Shown here one piece after another: positions 19,561 through 32,962 of a DNA stretch of 64,000 bases. The position numbers were made by a program, and so were the translations under genes. Below the pieces are notes generated by a model, which was given only the letters and a program-made list of their open reading frames with translations, ran no database searches and was not told the DNA's origin. Source of the DNA: Macrostomum lignano (taxonomy: Eukaryota); NCBI GenBank assembly GCA_002269645.1, contig NIVC01001659.1, positions 124,001-188,000 on the forward strand. The letters are read 5' to 3'. How positions within the stretch are numbered: the first letter of the stretch is position 1; each line of letters opens with the position of its first letter.

Positions 19561-20136
19561 CTTCAGTTGCCTGCAGTCAATACGCGCCAATGTGCATGGC
19601 GCTAATTCAGTCTTCCCCAGCCACAGTGAGGCGCAAGTCCAAAATGCTGGCTGGGCGCTCGCTGTCGGTGAGACGGCGTGAGCTAATCGAAAAAATTTTT
19701 CCAATTCGCATTGATGCTGACTATAAAGCTGAGAGGGCTTGTGCTAACTCTCAGATGCTGGCAGAAATGAATTTCTTATTGGCATTCCAGCTCTGATTGG
19801 TCATTGGGCTGACAGCGACCTCATGCTCGCGTGTAAAAAGTTCGACTTCTCAAGTCTTCAATACCGGTCATAAAACAGAAATGCACCGTGCTACTTGATG
19901 ACAGCAACTCACCGACCTGCCCGAATGGCGTCCAGAAATCGACAAATCCAAGCAGAAAAAGCGACAGCAGCAGCTGTACTCACTCAATAACTAACTCCGC
20001 CAAAAACTTATCCTGTCATTCGCTGAGAACATCTTAAATAACCAGCGAAGTTTTCCGTCAAATCCCTCTGCCAGTTTCAGAAACGTATTTTCCCTTTCAA
20101 GTCTTGCCCGTCCAATCTGCGTGGCGATGTAAAAAA

Positions 20137-20825
20137 CCTGCCAGTCCTACCATAGAGTGCTGCTTCTCCCTGCCAGTCCTAACATAGAGTGCCGCTACTC
20201 CCTGCCAGTCCTACTACAGAGTGCCGCTACTCCCTGCCAGTCCTACCACAGAGTGCTGCTTCTCCCTGCCAGTCCTACCACAGAGTGCCGCTACTCCCTG
20301 CCAGTCCTACCACAGAGTGCCGCTACTCCCTGCCAGTCCTACCACAGAGTGCCGCTACTCCCTGCCAGTCCTACCACAGAGTGCCGCTACTCCCTGCCAG
20401 TCCTACCACAGAGTACCGCTACTCCCTGCCAGTCCTACCACAGAGTGCCGCTACTCCCTTCCAGTCCTACATGTACCATAGAGTACCGCTACTCCCTGCC
20501 AGTCCTACCACAGAGTGCCGCTACTCCCTTCCAGTCCTACATGTACCATAGAGTACCGCTACTCCCTGCCAGTCCTACATGTACCATAGAGTGCTGCTAC
20601 TCCCTTCCAGTCCTACCACAGAGTGCCGCTACTCCCTTCCAGTCCTACCACAGAGTGCCGCTACTCCCTGCCAGTCCTACCATAGAGTGCCGCTACTCCC
20701 TGCCAGTCCTACCACAGAGTGCCGCTACTCCCTGCCAGTCCTACCATAGAGAGTACCGCTACTCCCTGCCAGTCCTAGCATAGAGTACCGCTACTCCCTG
20801 CCAGTCCTACCACAGAGTGCCGCTA
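20137..20825. repeat. 32-bp minisatellite, ~21 copies
   Basis: Unit cctgccagtcctaccacagagtgccgctactc. Confidence 0.95.
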
Positions 20826-22272
20826 ATAAAGTTTTGGAAACCAGTCTCTGCACCAGTCACAATTTTGTACGATAAATCTTTTCGTAGCAAATAGAAAGGA
20901 TTAAGTTGATTGATTAAGTTGATAGAAAGGACTCAATTGCTTTTTAAAGTATTTTTCATAATATCTTCTACGAGCATTACAGGTGGATCTCGCCATGTGG
21001 ATACTCTAACTGGAGGGTTGGACAACAATTAATATATATATATAGAGATTTGAACATGCGGTTCAGCTATAATTTGAACTGCGTGACCTTGGCGCCTCCC
21101 TGAACAGCCCTGGGACATCAGCAGTGCGAGCCTTGCTCTCTCACTGTCTAAAAAAGTAATGACGACAGCCCCCCATCAGCTGTGGCCTGTAGATAGCCAG
21201 TGCCAGAGTTTTTATTTTGATTTAAAGGTCAAGAGGATTTGTTTTGTTATTTCTGGAGATGCAATCTCTCTGCATGCTGAGTAACTCGGCGCGTCCGTGC
21301 AAACCATTCTGCTGCAGGGTGACCATTTTGCCTTTTCTAAGCCTTTTGAAGCAATGCTTGCTCGTGTGAGCCACGTTTTATCTTATCTTATTACCCTGCT
21401 ATCGGCTCCTTTTGATACAAAGAAGTCCGCATCCGGCAAGTTTTCGCTGTAATGACTGTCGCCTAAATAGAAATAATGTGTGCTTTTTTATACATATGAG
21501 GTAAAAAACAGTTAAACAAAAACAAAGACGCGTATTAACCACTAAACTCACTGAAACTGCAATTGTGAACCAAGACTACATGTAACTAATATATTCTAAC
21601 AATATCAGTCCATACTAATGGTAGTAATAAGGGTCAAGCAAAGAAAATCTTTATTTTTAATCTGAAGTAGAAATTCCTCCCTAAACACTGCTTAGCAAAC
21701 TTTCTGATCTCAGTCATTTTATCTAATCATTTTATTTGTACTTTTACACAGAATGTGCCAATAACTCAGTCGATTCTACAGTACTATTGCTCATTTTCTT
21801 TTCGTTCTACGAGTGTATAAGTTAAAAGATTGCTTCAATTGGATTCCCACTTGAATTCCAATCGTATTCTTAGTCCAGTAATTTCAGAGTCCATCCATGC
21901 ACCGCCACTGAGAGGATGCGCTGGTGAGGCAAGCCAGCAGCTGAGAGCGCGACTGCACCAGCATGACAAGTGCATGCGCCGGGTCGGGGCTGGCAGAATG
22001 AGCACGCTGGCTAATGGGTACTCTGGGCTGAAAGCCTCACAACTGAGCGGCTCTTCTGCTTCTGCAGCAGCTTATATAAATTTATACAACTATTGGATAT
22101 TAAAACGGGATTAAAAAATTATATGTGTATATTTGACGCTGGCTGATTGGCCAGTTATGAAAACTATTGCTCAGTCTTCTGGCCTTGTGGGACGCTAAAT
22201 GCAGCAGCACGAGTCCGCTGCGTGATCCCCCCCCCCCCTGTTTGCTGTGGCTTCTGGCCCTCCTCTGCCCAG

Positions 22273-23392
22273 CAATGGTAGATTGTGTGTCTGGTTTTGG
22301 AGGCAGACAATGGTAGATTGTGTGTATGGTTTTGGAGGCAGACAATGGTAGATTGTGTGTATGGTTTTGGAGGCAGACAATGGTAGATTGTGTGTCTGGT
22401 TTTGGAGGCAGACAATGGTAGATTGTGTGTATGGTTTTGGAGGCAGACAATGGTAGATTGTGTGTATGGTTTTGGAGGCAGATAATGGTAGATTGTGTGT
22501 ATGGTTTAGGAGGCAGACAATGGTAGATTGTGTGTATGGTTTTGGAGGCAGACAATGGTAGATTGTGTGTCTGGTTTTGGAGGCAGACAATGGTAGATTG
22601 TGTGTATGGTTTAGGAGGCAGACAATGGTAGATTGTGTGTATGGTTTTGGAGGCAGACAATGGTAGATTGTGTGTATGGTTTTGGAGGCAGACAATGGTA
22701 GATTGTGTGTCTGGTTTTGGAGGCAGACAATGGTAGATTGTGTGTATGGTTTAGGAGGCAGACAATGGTAGATTGTGTGTATGGTTTTGGAGGCAGACAA
22801 TGGTAGATTATGTGTATGGTTTAGGAGGCAGACAATGGTAGATTGTGTGTATGGTTTTGGAGGCAGACAATGGTAGATTGTGTGTATGGTTTTGGAGGCA
22901 GACAATGGTAGATTGTGTGTCTGGTTTTGGAGGCAGACAATGGTAGATTGTGTGTATGGTTTAGGAGGCAGACAATGGTAGATTGTGTGTATGGTTTTGG
23001 AGGCAGACAATGGTAGATTGTGTGTATGGTTTTGGAGGCAGACAATGGTAGATTGTGTGTATGGTTTTGGAGGCAGACAATGGTAGATTGTGTGTATGGT
23101 TTAGGAGGCAGACAATGGTAGATTGTGTGTATGGTTTTGGAGGCAGACAATGGTAGATTGTGTGTATGGTTTTGGAGGCAGACAATGGTAGATTATGTGT
23201 ATGGTTTAGGAGGCAGACAATGGTAGATTGTGTGTATGGTTTTGGAGGCAGACAATGGTAGATTGTGTGTCTGGTTTTGGAGGCAGACAATGGTAGATTG
23301 TGTGTATGGTTTAGGAGGCAGACAATGGTAGATTGTGTGTATGGTTTTGGAGGCAGACAATGGTAGATTGTGTGTCTGATTTTGGAGTCAGA
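22273..23392. repeat. 35-bp minisatellite, ~32 copies
   Basis: Unit caatggtagattgtgtgtatggttttggaggcaga. Confidence 0.97.
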
Positions 23393-23852
23393 AAATTTTC
23401 AAGCTGAATCAAATTTGCGTCTTCATTCTGTTTAACCGACTCCTGGCTGCCTCAGACACGAACATATTTAAGGCCACATTTTTTTGGTCCTAAGACCGCA
23501 ATGCTTCGTACTCATAAATATGTCAACTCATGTTTGCCAAGAGACAACATGATGAAGCAACAAACTCTTGACCCTAGCATTCAAGAACTCACTCAGCTCA
23601 GGTCCAATGCCAATTGCACCATCAATTAGTAGGTCAGTCAAATGCAAATTTGTGCTTGGACATGAGTAGCGGGAAGCTGAAATGCAAACATTCGATATCC
23701 ATACCATACCACAGCACCTGCATCACTGAGAACACAGTATAAGGTAGAAAGGCAGTCAGTGCATTCAGACTGATTTAAAGTATAAATCATGCCTCCATAC
23801 GCTCCATACCAGCTTCGTTCGCAACCATCTGCTTAATCTGCAGGTCAACCCT

Positions 23853-24259
23853 GTGCTAGGCTCTCAGGCTCCTGCCATCCATCGTTCCGAAAGCTGCTGT
23901 CGACGAGACGATTGTCCACCTTTTCACTGCCCTGCTCTGCCGACCAACCCGACCCCTCAGGCTCTCTGGACCCAGCCTCAGGAGATCACCACGTTTCTCG
24001 AGACCACTTCCCGGGCGCCGGCCCCGGCCCACCGACGGGCCTGGGCTACAACAACAACAACCATCCGAGGTTGCGGCGATCGGAGAGGACCACAAGGGCA
24101 CCGGATAGACTGACCTACGAGTGCAATTGAACTTTCAGTAAACCTTAATTGTTTTTGGTGGTGATTCTTTTATGTTGAAATCTTTTTTCTTTGCGTGGGG
24201 GATTTGGTAACTTGGTACCTTGCGCTGGGTTGGGTTGCAACGCTATGGTTCCCTCCCTC

Positions 24260-24340
<81 letters not shown>

Positions 24341-24450
24341 TACTTGTTAGCTAGCTGCAGGTAAGGGTGAGTCAAAGCAATTGACAAAACATGGTTTCCG
24401 GCTTGCATATTTGTTGTACTTTTTTGTATCAATAAAGTTTTTACATAACA
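23853..24450 (+). mobile_element. Truncated LTR retroelement 3' end: integrase tail, PPT-like tract and candidate LTR (~24205-24450) containing a (CT)n microsatellite
   Basis: PRLRRSERTTRAPDRLTY is a typical Gypsy integrase C-terminus; gtgggggat precedes TG; AATAAA at 24431 and a CA end at 24450. Confidence 0.5.
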
Positions 24451-24646
24451 TTATTCCACTACCTACTACCGAGTAGCGAGAGAAGAATATAAAACGAATC
24501 TCTCTATAGTTTTTAATTAGATAAAAAACGGTAGGTCATTTAACGTTGCTCGCAAAAATGAACAGATTGAATGTGCTTTCTAGCAGACCCAGATGCGTGC
24601 TGCATATTATATTGATTGTGTGATCGTGCGTGGCTGGTAAAGTGTA

Positions 24647-25268
24647 CGAGGGGTGTCCGGAAAGTTCTGAACTTTTAATCCCAGAACAAAAGCAGTAGCA
24701 GCTGCAAGCACAAGTTTGGTGTCATTTTAAAGCGGCACATCTTTTCTTTCCAATGAATTCAGTCGCGTGTGTTTCGGTCATTTTATTCAAAAGTTACACG
24801 CGAAAAACCATTGCAATCCCACTGAGAGACTTACAGTAAAAGGTGAAGCACATAACTTAGCCAGTTTTTTATGGATCTTGTTTGCTCTTGTCAACTACTC
24901 AACAGGTAATTTACAGTGCATCCCTCTCTTACCGTCCACCGCTTCCGTGTTGAGTATTTTATACACTCCGTCACTTGTAAGCAAATCTCATTGTTTTGAA
25001 CCTTGCGAAATTTTGCTTAGTCAAGTGTTTTGATTTTTGTGATTATTGGCACCATCATGAGTGTGCAATTGAAATAAGGCCAAAGGCACGGAATGGGAAA
25101 AGTGTGTTGCTACAGGTGGAGACTATGTTGAGAACACTCAAAATACACGCGACTGAATTCATTGGAAAGAAGAGATGTGCCGCTTTAAAAGACACCAAAC
25201 TTGTGCTTACAGCTACGACTGCTTTTGTTCTGGGATTAAAAGTGTCAGAACTTTCCGGACACCCCTTG
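24647..25268. mobile_element. Mariner-like MITE (irritans-type terminus) with TA TSD
   Basis: TA|cgaggggtgtccggaaagttc...gaactttccggacaccccttg|TA; ~120-bp TIRs. Confidence 0.88.
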
Positions 25269-25756
25269 TAAAATAAAAAGCAGCCATACTTCGTCTATAA
25301 CCATTAGAACCAAGCCAGTGGGGACTTCTCTGCTAATCCATACGCACATCTATACCCAAAGTGGAATGCTTTCATTCTAACTTCTAAATTTACTTTAAAA
25401 TGATTTGGGGCCAGGGGCAGCAGCGCTCCAAATCATAATTTATATCATGAAGGCTGGTTCACCTGTATCTGGCCATGGACAGGCCATGTCAAGTATTTGA
25501 GTAGTCCTGTTTCGGCCCTCTGGACACTCTAAAACTGACAGCAGCCACAGAGCGTGTGGGGACCGATTGCCCGAATGTTCGCTCGAGTCTGCCAGCTCCA
25601 GTCCTGCAGCATCCTGAAGCATCATGTCGACCGAATTCGAACAGCCTCAGGGCAGCGGGGGACTCGGGACTGAAAGTGGCAGGGCGCAGAGCCGAATCTT
25701 CGGGTCGTCTGGCAACGGCCTTGCGGTCACGATTGATTAGTCAGTTCAGGTGACAC

Positions 25757-27336
25757 TACATGTATCACAGTGGCTTATCTCGGGTGGTAATACATGTATC
25801 ACAGTGGCTTATCTCGGGTGATCCTAGATGTATATCACAGTGGCTTATCTCGGGTGATACTACATGTATATCACAGTGGCTTATCTCGGGTGATCCTACA
25901 TGTATATCACAGTGGCTTATCTCGGGTGATCCTACATGTATATCACAGTGGCTTATCTCGGGTGATCCTAGATGTATATCACAGTGGCTTATCTCGGGTG
26001 CTACTACATGTATATCACAGTGGCTTATCTCGGGTGATCCTACATGTATATCACAGTGGCTTATCTCGGGTGCTACTACATGTATATCACAGTGGCTTAT
26101 CTCGGGTGATCCTACATGTATATCACAGTGGCTTATCTCGGGTGATCCTACATGTATATCACAGTGGCTTATCTCGGGTGATCCTACATGTATATCACAG
26201 TGGCTTATCTCGGGTGCTACTACATGTATATCACAGTGGCTTATCTCGGGTGATCCTACATGTATATCACAGTGGCTTATCTCGGGTGATCCTACATGTA
26301 TATCACAGTGGCTTATCTCGGGTGATCCTACATGTATATCACAGTGGCTTATCTCGGGTGATCCTACATGTATATCACAGTGGCTTATCTCGGGTGATAC
26401 TACATGTATATCACAGTGGCTTATCTCGGGTGATCCTACATGTATATCACAGTGGCTTATCTCGGGTGATCCTACATGTATATCACAGTGGCTTATCTCG
26501 GGTGATCCTAGATGTATATCACAGTGGCTTATCTCGGGTGATCCTACATGTATATCACAGTGGCTTATCTCGGGTGCTACTACATGTATATCACAGTGGC
26601 TTATCTCGGGTGATCCTACATGTATATCACAGTGGCTTATCTCGGGTGCTACTACATGTATATCACAGTGGCTTATCTCGGGTGATCCTACATGTATATC
26701 ACAGTGGCTTATCTCGGGTGATCCTACATGTATATCACAGTGGCTTATCTCGGGTGATCCTACATGTATATCACAGTGGCTTATCTCGGGTGCTACTACA
26801 TGTATATCACAGTGGCTTATCTCGGGTGATCCTACATGTATATCACAGTGGCTTATCTCGGGTGCTACTACATGTATATCACAGTGGCTTATCTCGGGTG
26901 ATCCTACATGTATATCACAGTGGCTTATCTCGGGTGATCCTACATGTATATCACAGTGGCTTATCTCGGGTGATCCTACATGTATATCACAGTGGCTTAT
27001 CTCGGGTGCTACTACATGTATATCACAGTGGCTTATCTCGGGTGATCCTACATGTATATCACAGTGGCTTATCTCGGGTGCTACTACATGTATATCACAG
27101 TGGCTTATCTCGGGTGCTACTACATGTATATCACAGTGGCTTATCTCGGGTGCTACTACATGTATATCACAGTGGCTTATCTCGGGTGCTACTACATGTA
27201 TATCACAGTGGCTTATCTCGGGTGCTACTACATGTATATCACAGTGGCTTATCTCGGGTGCTACTACATGTATATCACAGTGGCTTATCTCGGGTGCTAC
27301 TACATGTATATCACAGTGGCTTATCTCGGGTGCTAC
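25757..27336. repeat. 33-bp minisatellite, ~48 copies
   Basis: Unit tacatgtatatcacagtggcttatctcgggt(gatcc/gctac); explains the four long periodic ORFs. Confidence 0.97.
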
Positions 27337-27989
27337 TTTCATGGTTCCTGATGTATTAAGTGGTCAATAATTAAGGAAAACCGGTTTGCGCAGATGACTA
27401 GAGCTAAAGAGGATGTGAACTGAAGCGCATGTGGAAAGCGAAATTTCGGACTAATCAGATTGCACTACTGAACTGACAGTGATCGAAAACTGCATCCCTC
27501 TATCATTTGGTCCCCATGTTTTCCCATTTATCCCACTAATTGATGGAATGGTGAGGCTTTTGATGATTCTTCTCTCATTGTTAGTTCTCCGGCCACCGCT
27601 TCCATTGGAGAGCCTCAGATTCTCATGAAATCCCATTCTACACATTTAGCCGCAACCCCGCTGCTAAACTGCTAAAACTGCTTTTTCTTTGTTTTTTCCT
27701 GTTGTTTTATGCAGCTTTGATTTCTGAGCAACAAAAGTTGATGAGGAACCTGCAGGCCTGTCATCACACGACACCAGACACCAGAGCTCAACCCGACAGC
27801 AAATTTTGCCGCCCCGGAGACAACCAAATTCAAGCCGAGCTGCCCAAATCTCAATCCCAATACTCGCGAGGCCAGTTTTCTATCCAGAGACCCCGCTTCT
27901 CCAGAGGCTTTTGATCTGGATTAGCTGAATTCGAGTTTCTTGAAAGTGTTTTTTGAGAACAACAAACGCTAACCCCAGATTCATAAACC

Positions 27990-28207
27990 CACTGATAACT
28001 TCTCACCAGGAAGAATGCCCGATTAATAACTCCTCACCAGGAATAATTCCCCACTAATAACTCCTCAACAGGAATAATTCCTCACTAATAACTCCTCACC
28101 AGGAATAATTCCCCACTAATAACTCCTCACCAGGAATAATTCCCCACTAATAACTCCTCACCAGGAAGAATTCCCCACTAATAACTCCTCACCAGGAAGA
28201 ATTCCCC
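27990..28207. repeat. 31-bp tandem repeat, ~7 copies
   Basis: Unit actaataactcctcaccaggaataattcccc. Confidence 0.9.
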
Positions 28208-29294
28208 TACGATATTTCACTATAGTTCCCAACCGGGATTCATGTGTTGAATTAGCAGTTCGGCATACGTTAACCTGATGAAGCTGTTGTCACTGCCTCA
28301 TCCCCGAACGCTGCAACGGGAATAGCAGGTACAGGATAAGTCAGCACGGAGACTGACGCAGCAACTACTACCATAGCAGGCAAGGGATAAGTCAGCACGG
28401 AGACTGACGCAGCAAAGGTTGCCGAAGAGTACGCACAACCGTCTGTTCCATGCCGATACCGTCACCTTCTGGTCCAGCGTCTGTATGATCTTCTAAACTC
28501 ACACCAATCCTCACAAAATTAGGCTTTTTTTTCAGTTTGATTCACCTTCACTTTATCCGTAGCACTCGTATATCTGCATGCTGTTGGAGATCACCTATAA
28601 TATAAGAGTTCTTACAGGTGTACAAACACACTTGCCTGTTAAGCATATCGCAGTTCGGAAGATACCATAAATTCAGAGGAATCAAAGCACACTAATGGGA
28701 ATTGGCCATAGAACAGTGCATTCAAAAGGGGTCTCTTAGGACTTTTTCGCTCCCAAGATTTTTTGGCTCGTTTTGCGCCCCAGTGGTCCCAGTTGTCCCT
28801 GCTTGGACCAAGACTGCCATGTAGTGAGCAGAGAGTCAAGGAAAAATAATCACAGCTAATCAATTGACTTACATGTTTTCACTCTTAACAAGAAGTTCAA
28901 TTTATATTGGCTACAGTGACATTCGAGGCCGACTGCGAAGCCAACAAACAAGCCTATGAGCGTAAAATAGAATAAAGGTGATGAACTTTACCTTGAAGGT
29001 CACTTAAGAAGCTTCTGCTGATGTCTATTTTAGAATTTCTTTGTGTGGATCAGTGGATGCGGGTGCGGGTGATTCTCTCATTAAACTCGTCGTTTTAATT
29101 GAATATTTTCCCACCCTTTGCTAGCAGCTCTCAGCTTTAAAGCCGGAGCTCTTCTCGAGTCAAAGCGCGGCCTTTGAGCCAAGAATTGCATTTGTCGCAG
29201 AAATTCTCCAGTTTGTAGGGGTGCAGACCAAAATGACAGAAATCAGTTTTGCCTCAAATAAAAAAGGAGCGGTGGCTTAAATATTCATATGTAT

Positions 29295-29570
29295 GGCTGG
29301 CTGGCCCAGCAACTGAGGATCTGGGAGGCTGGGAGGCTGGATCAGCTACTGAGTATCTGGGAGGCTGGATCAGCTACTGAGGATCTGGGAGCTGGCTCAG
29401 CAACTGAAGATCTGGGAGGCTGGGAGGCTGGGAGGCTGGCCCAGCAACTGAAGATTTGGGAGGCTGGGAGGCTGGCCCAGCAACTGAAGATCTGGGAGGC
29501 TGGGAGGCTGGCCCAGCTACTGAGGATCTGGGAGACTGGCCCAGCTACTGAGGATCTCGGAGACTGGCGG
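29295..29570. repeat. Composite tandem repeat (ctgggagg / ctggcccagcaactgaggat modules)
   Basis: Directly visible, 28-36 bp period. Confidence 0.85.
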
Positions 29571-29910
29571 TAGACAAGCAAACGAGGATTTGGGGGGGGG
29601 TTCAAGAACCGAGCGCACAGCGACACACTGAAAGCAGTACATAACGCATCAACTCGTTTGCAAATTTCGCTTTTTCGTTTTTACCAGTAGCAATCAAAGT
29701 TTCCATAGAAACTGTTATGTATAAATATATATTCGCATGTACTTGTTAGGAAAACCAGAAACACAAACAGAAGCAGCTTAGCGCATTTCAGCAGGCATTA
29801 AAACATGGTGCCTCTATAATACGTAGCGATACGTGGGCTGAGTCGTAAGCTGAGTCTCGGCAGCTCAGGTGGAGTTTAGGCGGCAGCTCAGGTGGGGTTT
29901 AGGCGGCAGC

Positions 29911-31984
29911 TCAGGCCCGCTGCATGTAGAAAGTCTTGCCCTCCGCCTCCAGCTCCTTGGCGTAGGCGGCCCGCTCCCGCTCCAGCAGCAGCCGCAGCGC
30001 CTCCTTGCGGACCTTGCGAGCAGAGGGGTGGAGTGGGAGTCATGAGCAACACGGGAGTCATGAGCAACACGGGAGTCATGAGCAACACGGGAGTCATGAG
30101 CAACACGGGAGTCATGAGCAACACGGGAGTCATGAGCAACACGGGAGTCATGAGCAACACGGGAGTCATGAGCAACACGGGAGTCATGAGCAACACGGGA
30201 GTCATGAGCAACACGGGAGTCATGAGCAACACGGGAGTCATGAGCAACACGGGAGTCATGAGCAACACGGGAGTCATGAGCAACACGGGAGTCATGAGCA
30301 ACACGGGAGTCATGAGCAACACGGGAGTCATGAGCAACACGGGAGTCATGAGCAACACGGGAGTCATGAGCAACACGGGAGTCATGAGCAACACGGGAGT
30401 CATGAGCAACACGGGAGTCATGAGCAACACGGGAGTCATGAGCAACACGGGAGTCATGAGCAACACGGGAGTCATGAGCAACACGGGAGTCATGAGCAAC
30501 ACGGGAGTCATGAGCAACACGGGAGTCATGAGCAACACGGGAGTCATGAGCAACACGGGAGTCATGAGCAACACGGGAGTCATGAGCAACACGGGAGTCA
30601 CGGGAGTCATGAGCAACACGGGAGTCATGAGCAACACGGGAGTCATGAGCAACACGGGAGTCACGGGAGTCATGAGCAACACGGGAGTCACGGGAGTCAT
30701 GAGCAACACGGGAGTCACGGGAGTCATGAGCAACACGGAGTCACGGGAGTCATGAGCAACACGGGAGTCACGGGATTCATGGGAGTCACGGGATTCATGG
30801 GAGTCACGGGAGTCACTGGATTCATGGGAGTCACAGAGGCTATGGGAGTCATAGGAGTCATAAGAGTCACGAGAGTCATTAGGAGTCACGGGAGTTCATT
30901 TACAGAAATTCCACACTTGGTATAGAAATCCACACTTGGGTATAGAAATCCCACACTGGGTACAGAAATCCCACACTGGGTACAGAAATCCCACACTGGG
31001 TACAGAAATCCCACACTGGGTACAGAAATCCCACACTGGGTACAGAAATCCCACACTGGGTACAGAAATCCCACACTGGGTACAGAAATCCCACACTGGG
31101 TACAGAAATCCCACACTGGGTACAGAAATCCCACACTGGGTACAGAAATCCCACACTGGGAACAGAAACCAAATAAATCCCACGCTGAAAATCCCAGAGA
31201 GCAGCTGCGCCCACCTCGACAAGCACAGCCTTCGTGCACTTCAACTCTCCGTCGAGCTGCTTCTGCGCCGCCTTGGCCGCGTTGACCCGATGGCGCGCCT
31301 GGCAGCGGGCCTCCCAGTCCGACTTCATGTTCACCTTCCACTCCCTGCGGGCGGGGAGGTGCTGTGTTAGGGGACTGCGAGGAAATAGTATTGACAACTC
31401 TGGGGTGTGAATGACCTTGGTGCCAGTGAATTTGGTGCCAGTGAATTTGGTGCCAGTGAATTTGGTGCCAGTGAATTTGGTGCCAGTGAATTTGGTGCCA
31501 GTGAATTTGGTGCCAGTGAATTTGGTGCCAGTGAATTTGGTGCCAGTGAATTTGGTGCCAGTGAATTTGGTGCCAGTGAATTTGGTGCCAGTGAATTTGG
31601 TGCCAGTGAATTTGGTGCCAGTGAATTTGGTGCCAGTGAATTTGGTGCCAGTGAATTTGGTGCCAGTGAATTTGGTGCCAGTGAATTTGGTGCCAGTGAA
31701 TTTGGTGCCAGTGAATTTGGTGCCAGTGAATTTGGTGCCAGTGAATTTGGTGCCAGTGAATTTGGTGCCAGTGAATTTGGTGCCAGTGAATTTGGTGCCA
31801 GTGAATTTGGTGCCAGTGAATTTGGTGCCAGTGAATTTGGTGCCAGTGAATTTGGTGCCAGTGAATTTGGTGCCAGTGAATTTGGTGCCAGTGAATTTGG
31901 TGCCAGTGAATTTGTCACCCAAACAGCTCCGGTCTTCACTCACTCGTTCAGAGTTGCCTGGTGCTTCTCCACTGCCTCGTCCGC
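29911..31984 (-). CDS. CFAP141: CFAP141 / C1orf189-like ciliary protein; exons 31984-31944, 31344-31215, 30012-29911; first exon unresolved
   Basis: Spliced product ADEAVEKHQATLNEEWKVNMKSDWEARCQARHRVNAAKAAQKQLDGELKCTKAVLVE|VRKEALRLLLERERAAYAKELEAEGKTFYMQRA* matches the recalled C1orf189 C-terminus ([32 protein letters not shown]). Intron phases 2 and 0 are consistent. Confidence 0.75.
30035..30895. repeat. 18-bp minisatellite (gggagtcatgagcaacac) decaying into 9-bp units
   Basis: Intronic in CFAP141. Confidence 0.95.
30900..31165. repeat. 20-bp tandem repeat (tacagaaatcccacactggg)
   Basis: Intronic in CFAP141. Confidence 0.95.
31417..31913. repeat. 15-bp perfect tandem repeat (ttggtgccagtgaat), ~33 copies
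   Basis: Intronic in CFAP141. Confidence 0.97.
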
Positions 31985-32279
31985 CTGAAATGAACATCGG
32001 ATATTGAAGAGAAATTTTCGAAATTGCCATCCTATCGATTAGAAAGCTTGCTTTATTGCGCTACTCAAAATGAAGCCAATTTATCTCGTTGCCAAGGCTA
32101 CTGCTTACAGAGGTCTTCCCTACGTTTAGTTGAAGCGCAGGAGAATTTGTTAAATATATGCCGCTGAGGTCCCAGAATGGAAACCCGACATTAAGTTTGA
32201 ATGGAGTGTGAGTGTGAATGGAAATGCAGGAGAACACTCGTGTCGCCCGCAGATGAGGCTTGATGGAGAAGGGGTACAA

Positions 32280-32596
32280 TATAGGTGATTTGAGTACATC
32301 CATCATCCTGCGCCGGCGGCGACTTCAACTGGCGGGCCACGTGATCCGGGCCAAGGGCTACTGCCCCCAACCTGTTCAGGACGTCCTGCTGCTCACCTTG
32401 CATGGCGCTGCTCACCTTGCATGGCCCGTTCAGGGCGGGGTCAGGCCCAAACCCGTTGATACGTGGACTGCCTGCTACGCGACGCCGGGGCGCCCGACAC
32501 TGCCAACGGGGCGGACTTCGTCCGCTCTCAGGCTTTGCGGCGTGCCATCTGACGCACCCTGCTCTAACTGTGACCTTGCATGCGGGGCCGCGTACT

Positions 32597-32634
<38 letters not shown>

Positions 32635-32642
32635 GCTGCTGC

Positions 32643-32707
<65 letters not shown>

Positions 32708-32717
32708 TTGTTGTTGC

Positions 32718-32778
<61 letters not shown>
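32280..32778 (+). mobile_element. 5'-truncated RTE-like LINE 3' fragment with (GTT)n tail
   Basis: ILRRRRLQLAGHVIR...QPVQDVLL resembles the RTE RT C-terminal RRLxxAGHxxR motif; followed directly by ~60 GTT/GCT triplets (32597-32778). Confidence 0.6.
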
Positions 32779-32779
<1 letters not shown>

Positions 32780-32812
32780 TTGTTGATCTTGAGTGCAACA
32801 CTCGTATAATAT

Positions 32813-32962
32813 AGACTTGAGTACAATATAAATGACTTGAGTGCAATATAGATGACTTGAGTGCAATATAGATGACTTGAGTGCAATATAGATGACTTGA
32901 GTGCAATATAGATGACTTGAGTACAATATAGGTGACTTGAGTACAATATAGATTACTTGAGT
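32813..32962. repeat. 20-bp tandem repeat (gacttgagtgcaatatagat)
   Basis: Directly visible, ~7 copies. Confidence 0.9.

Noticed and set aside
28325-28416. Two direct copies of ggataagtcagcacggagactgacgcagcaa with a small hairpin
   Set aside because: Simple local duplication; no ribozyme or RNA-gene motif.
21880-29240. GC-rich exon-like patches (21880-22070, 25530-25750, 27710-27910, 28250-28500, 29130-29240) between arrays
   Set aside because: Could belong to a spliced gene, but I found no consistent phase chain or recognisable domain; RNA-seq is needed.
18853-32030. Many long periodic ORFs (14-, 32-, 33-, 35-, 18- and 15-bp arrays), and regular repeats superficially like CRISPR arrays
   Set aside because: Stop-free frames of tandem repeats; no unique spacers, no cas genes, eukaryotic context.
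32402-32926. PolyQ, polyN, polyT, polyC and polyL ORFs
   Set aside because: Translations of the (GTT)n microsatellite.
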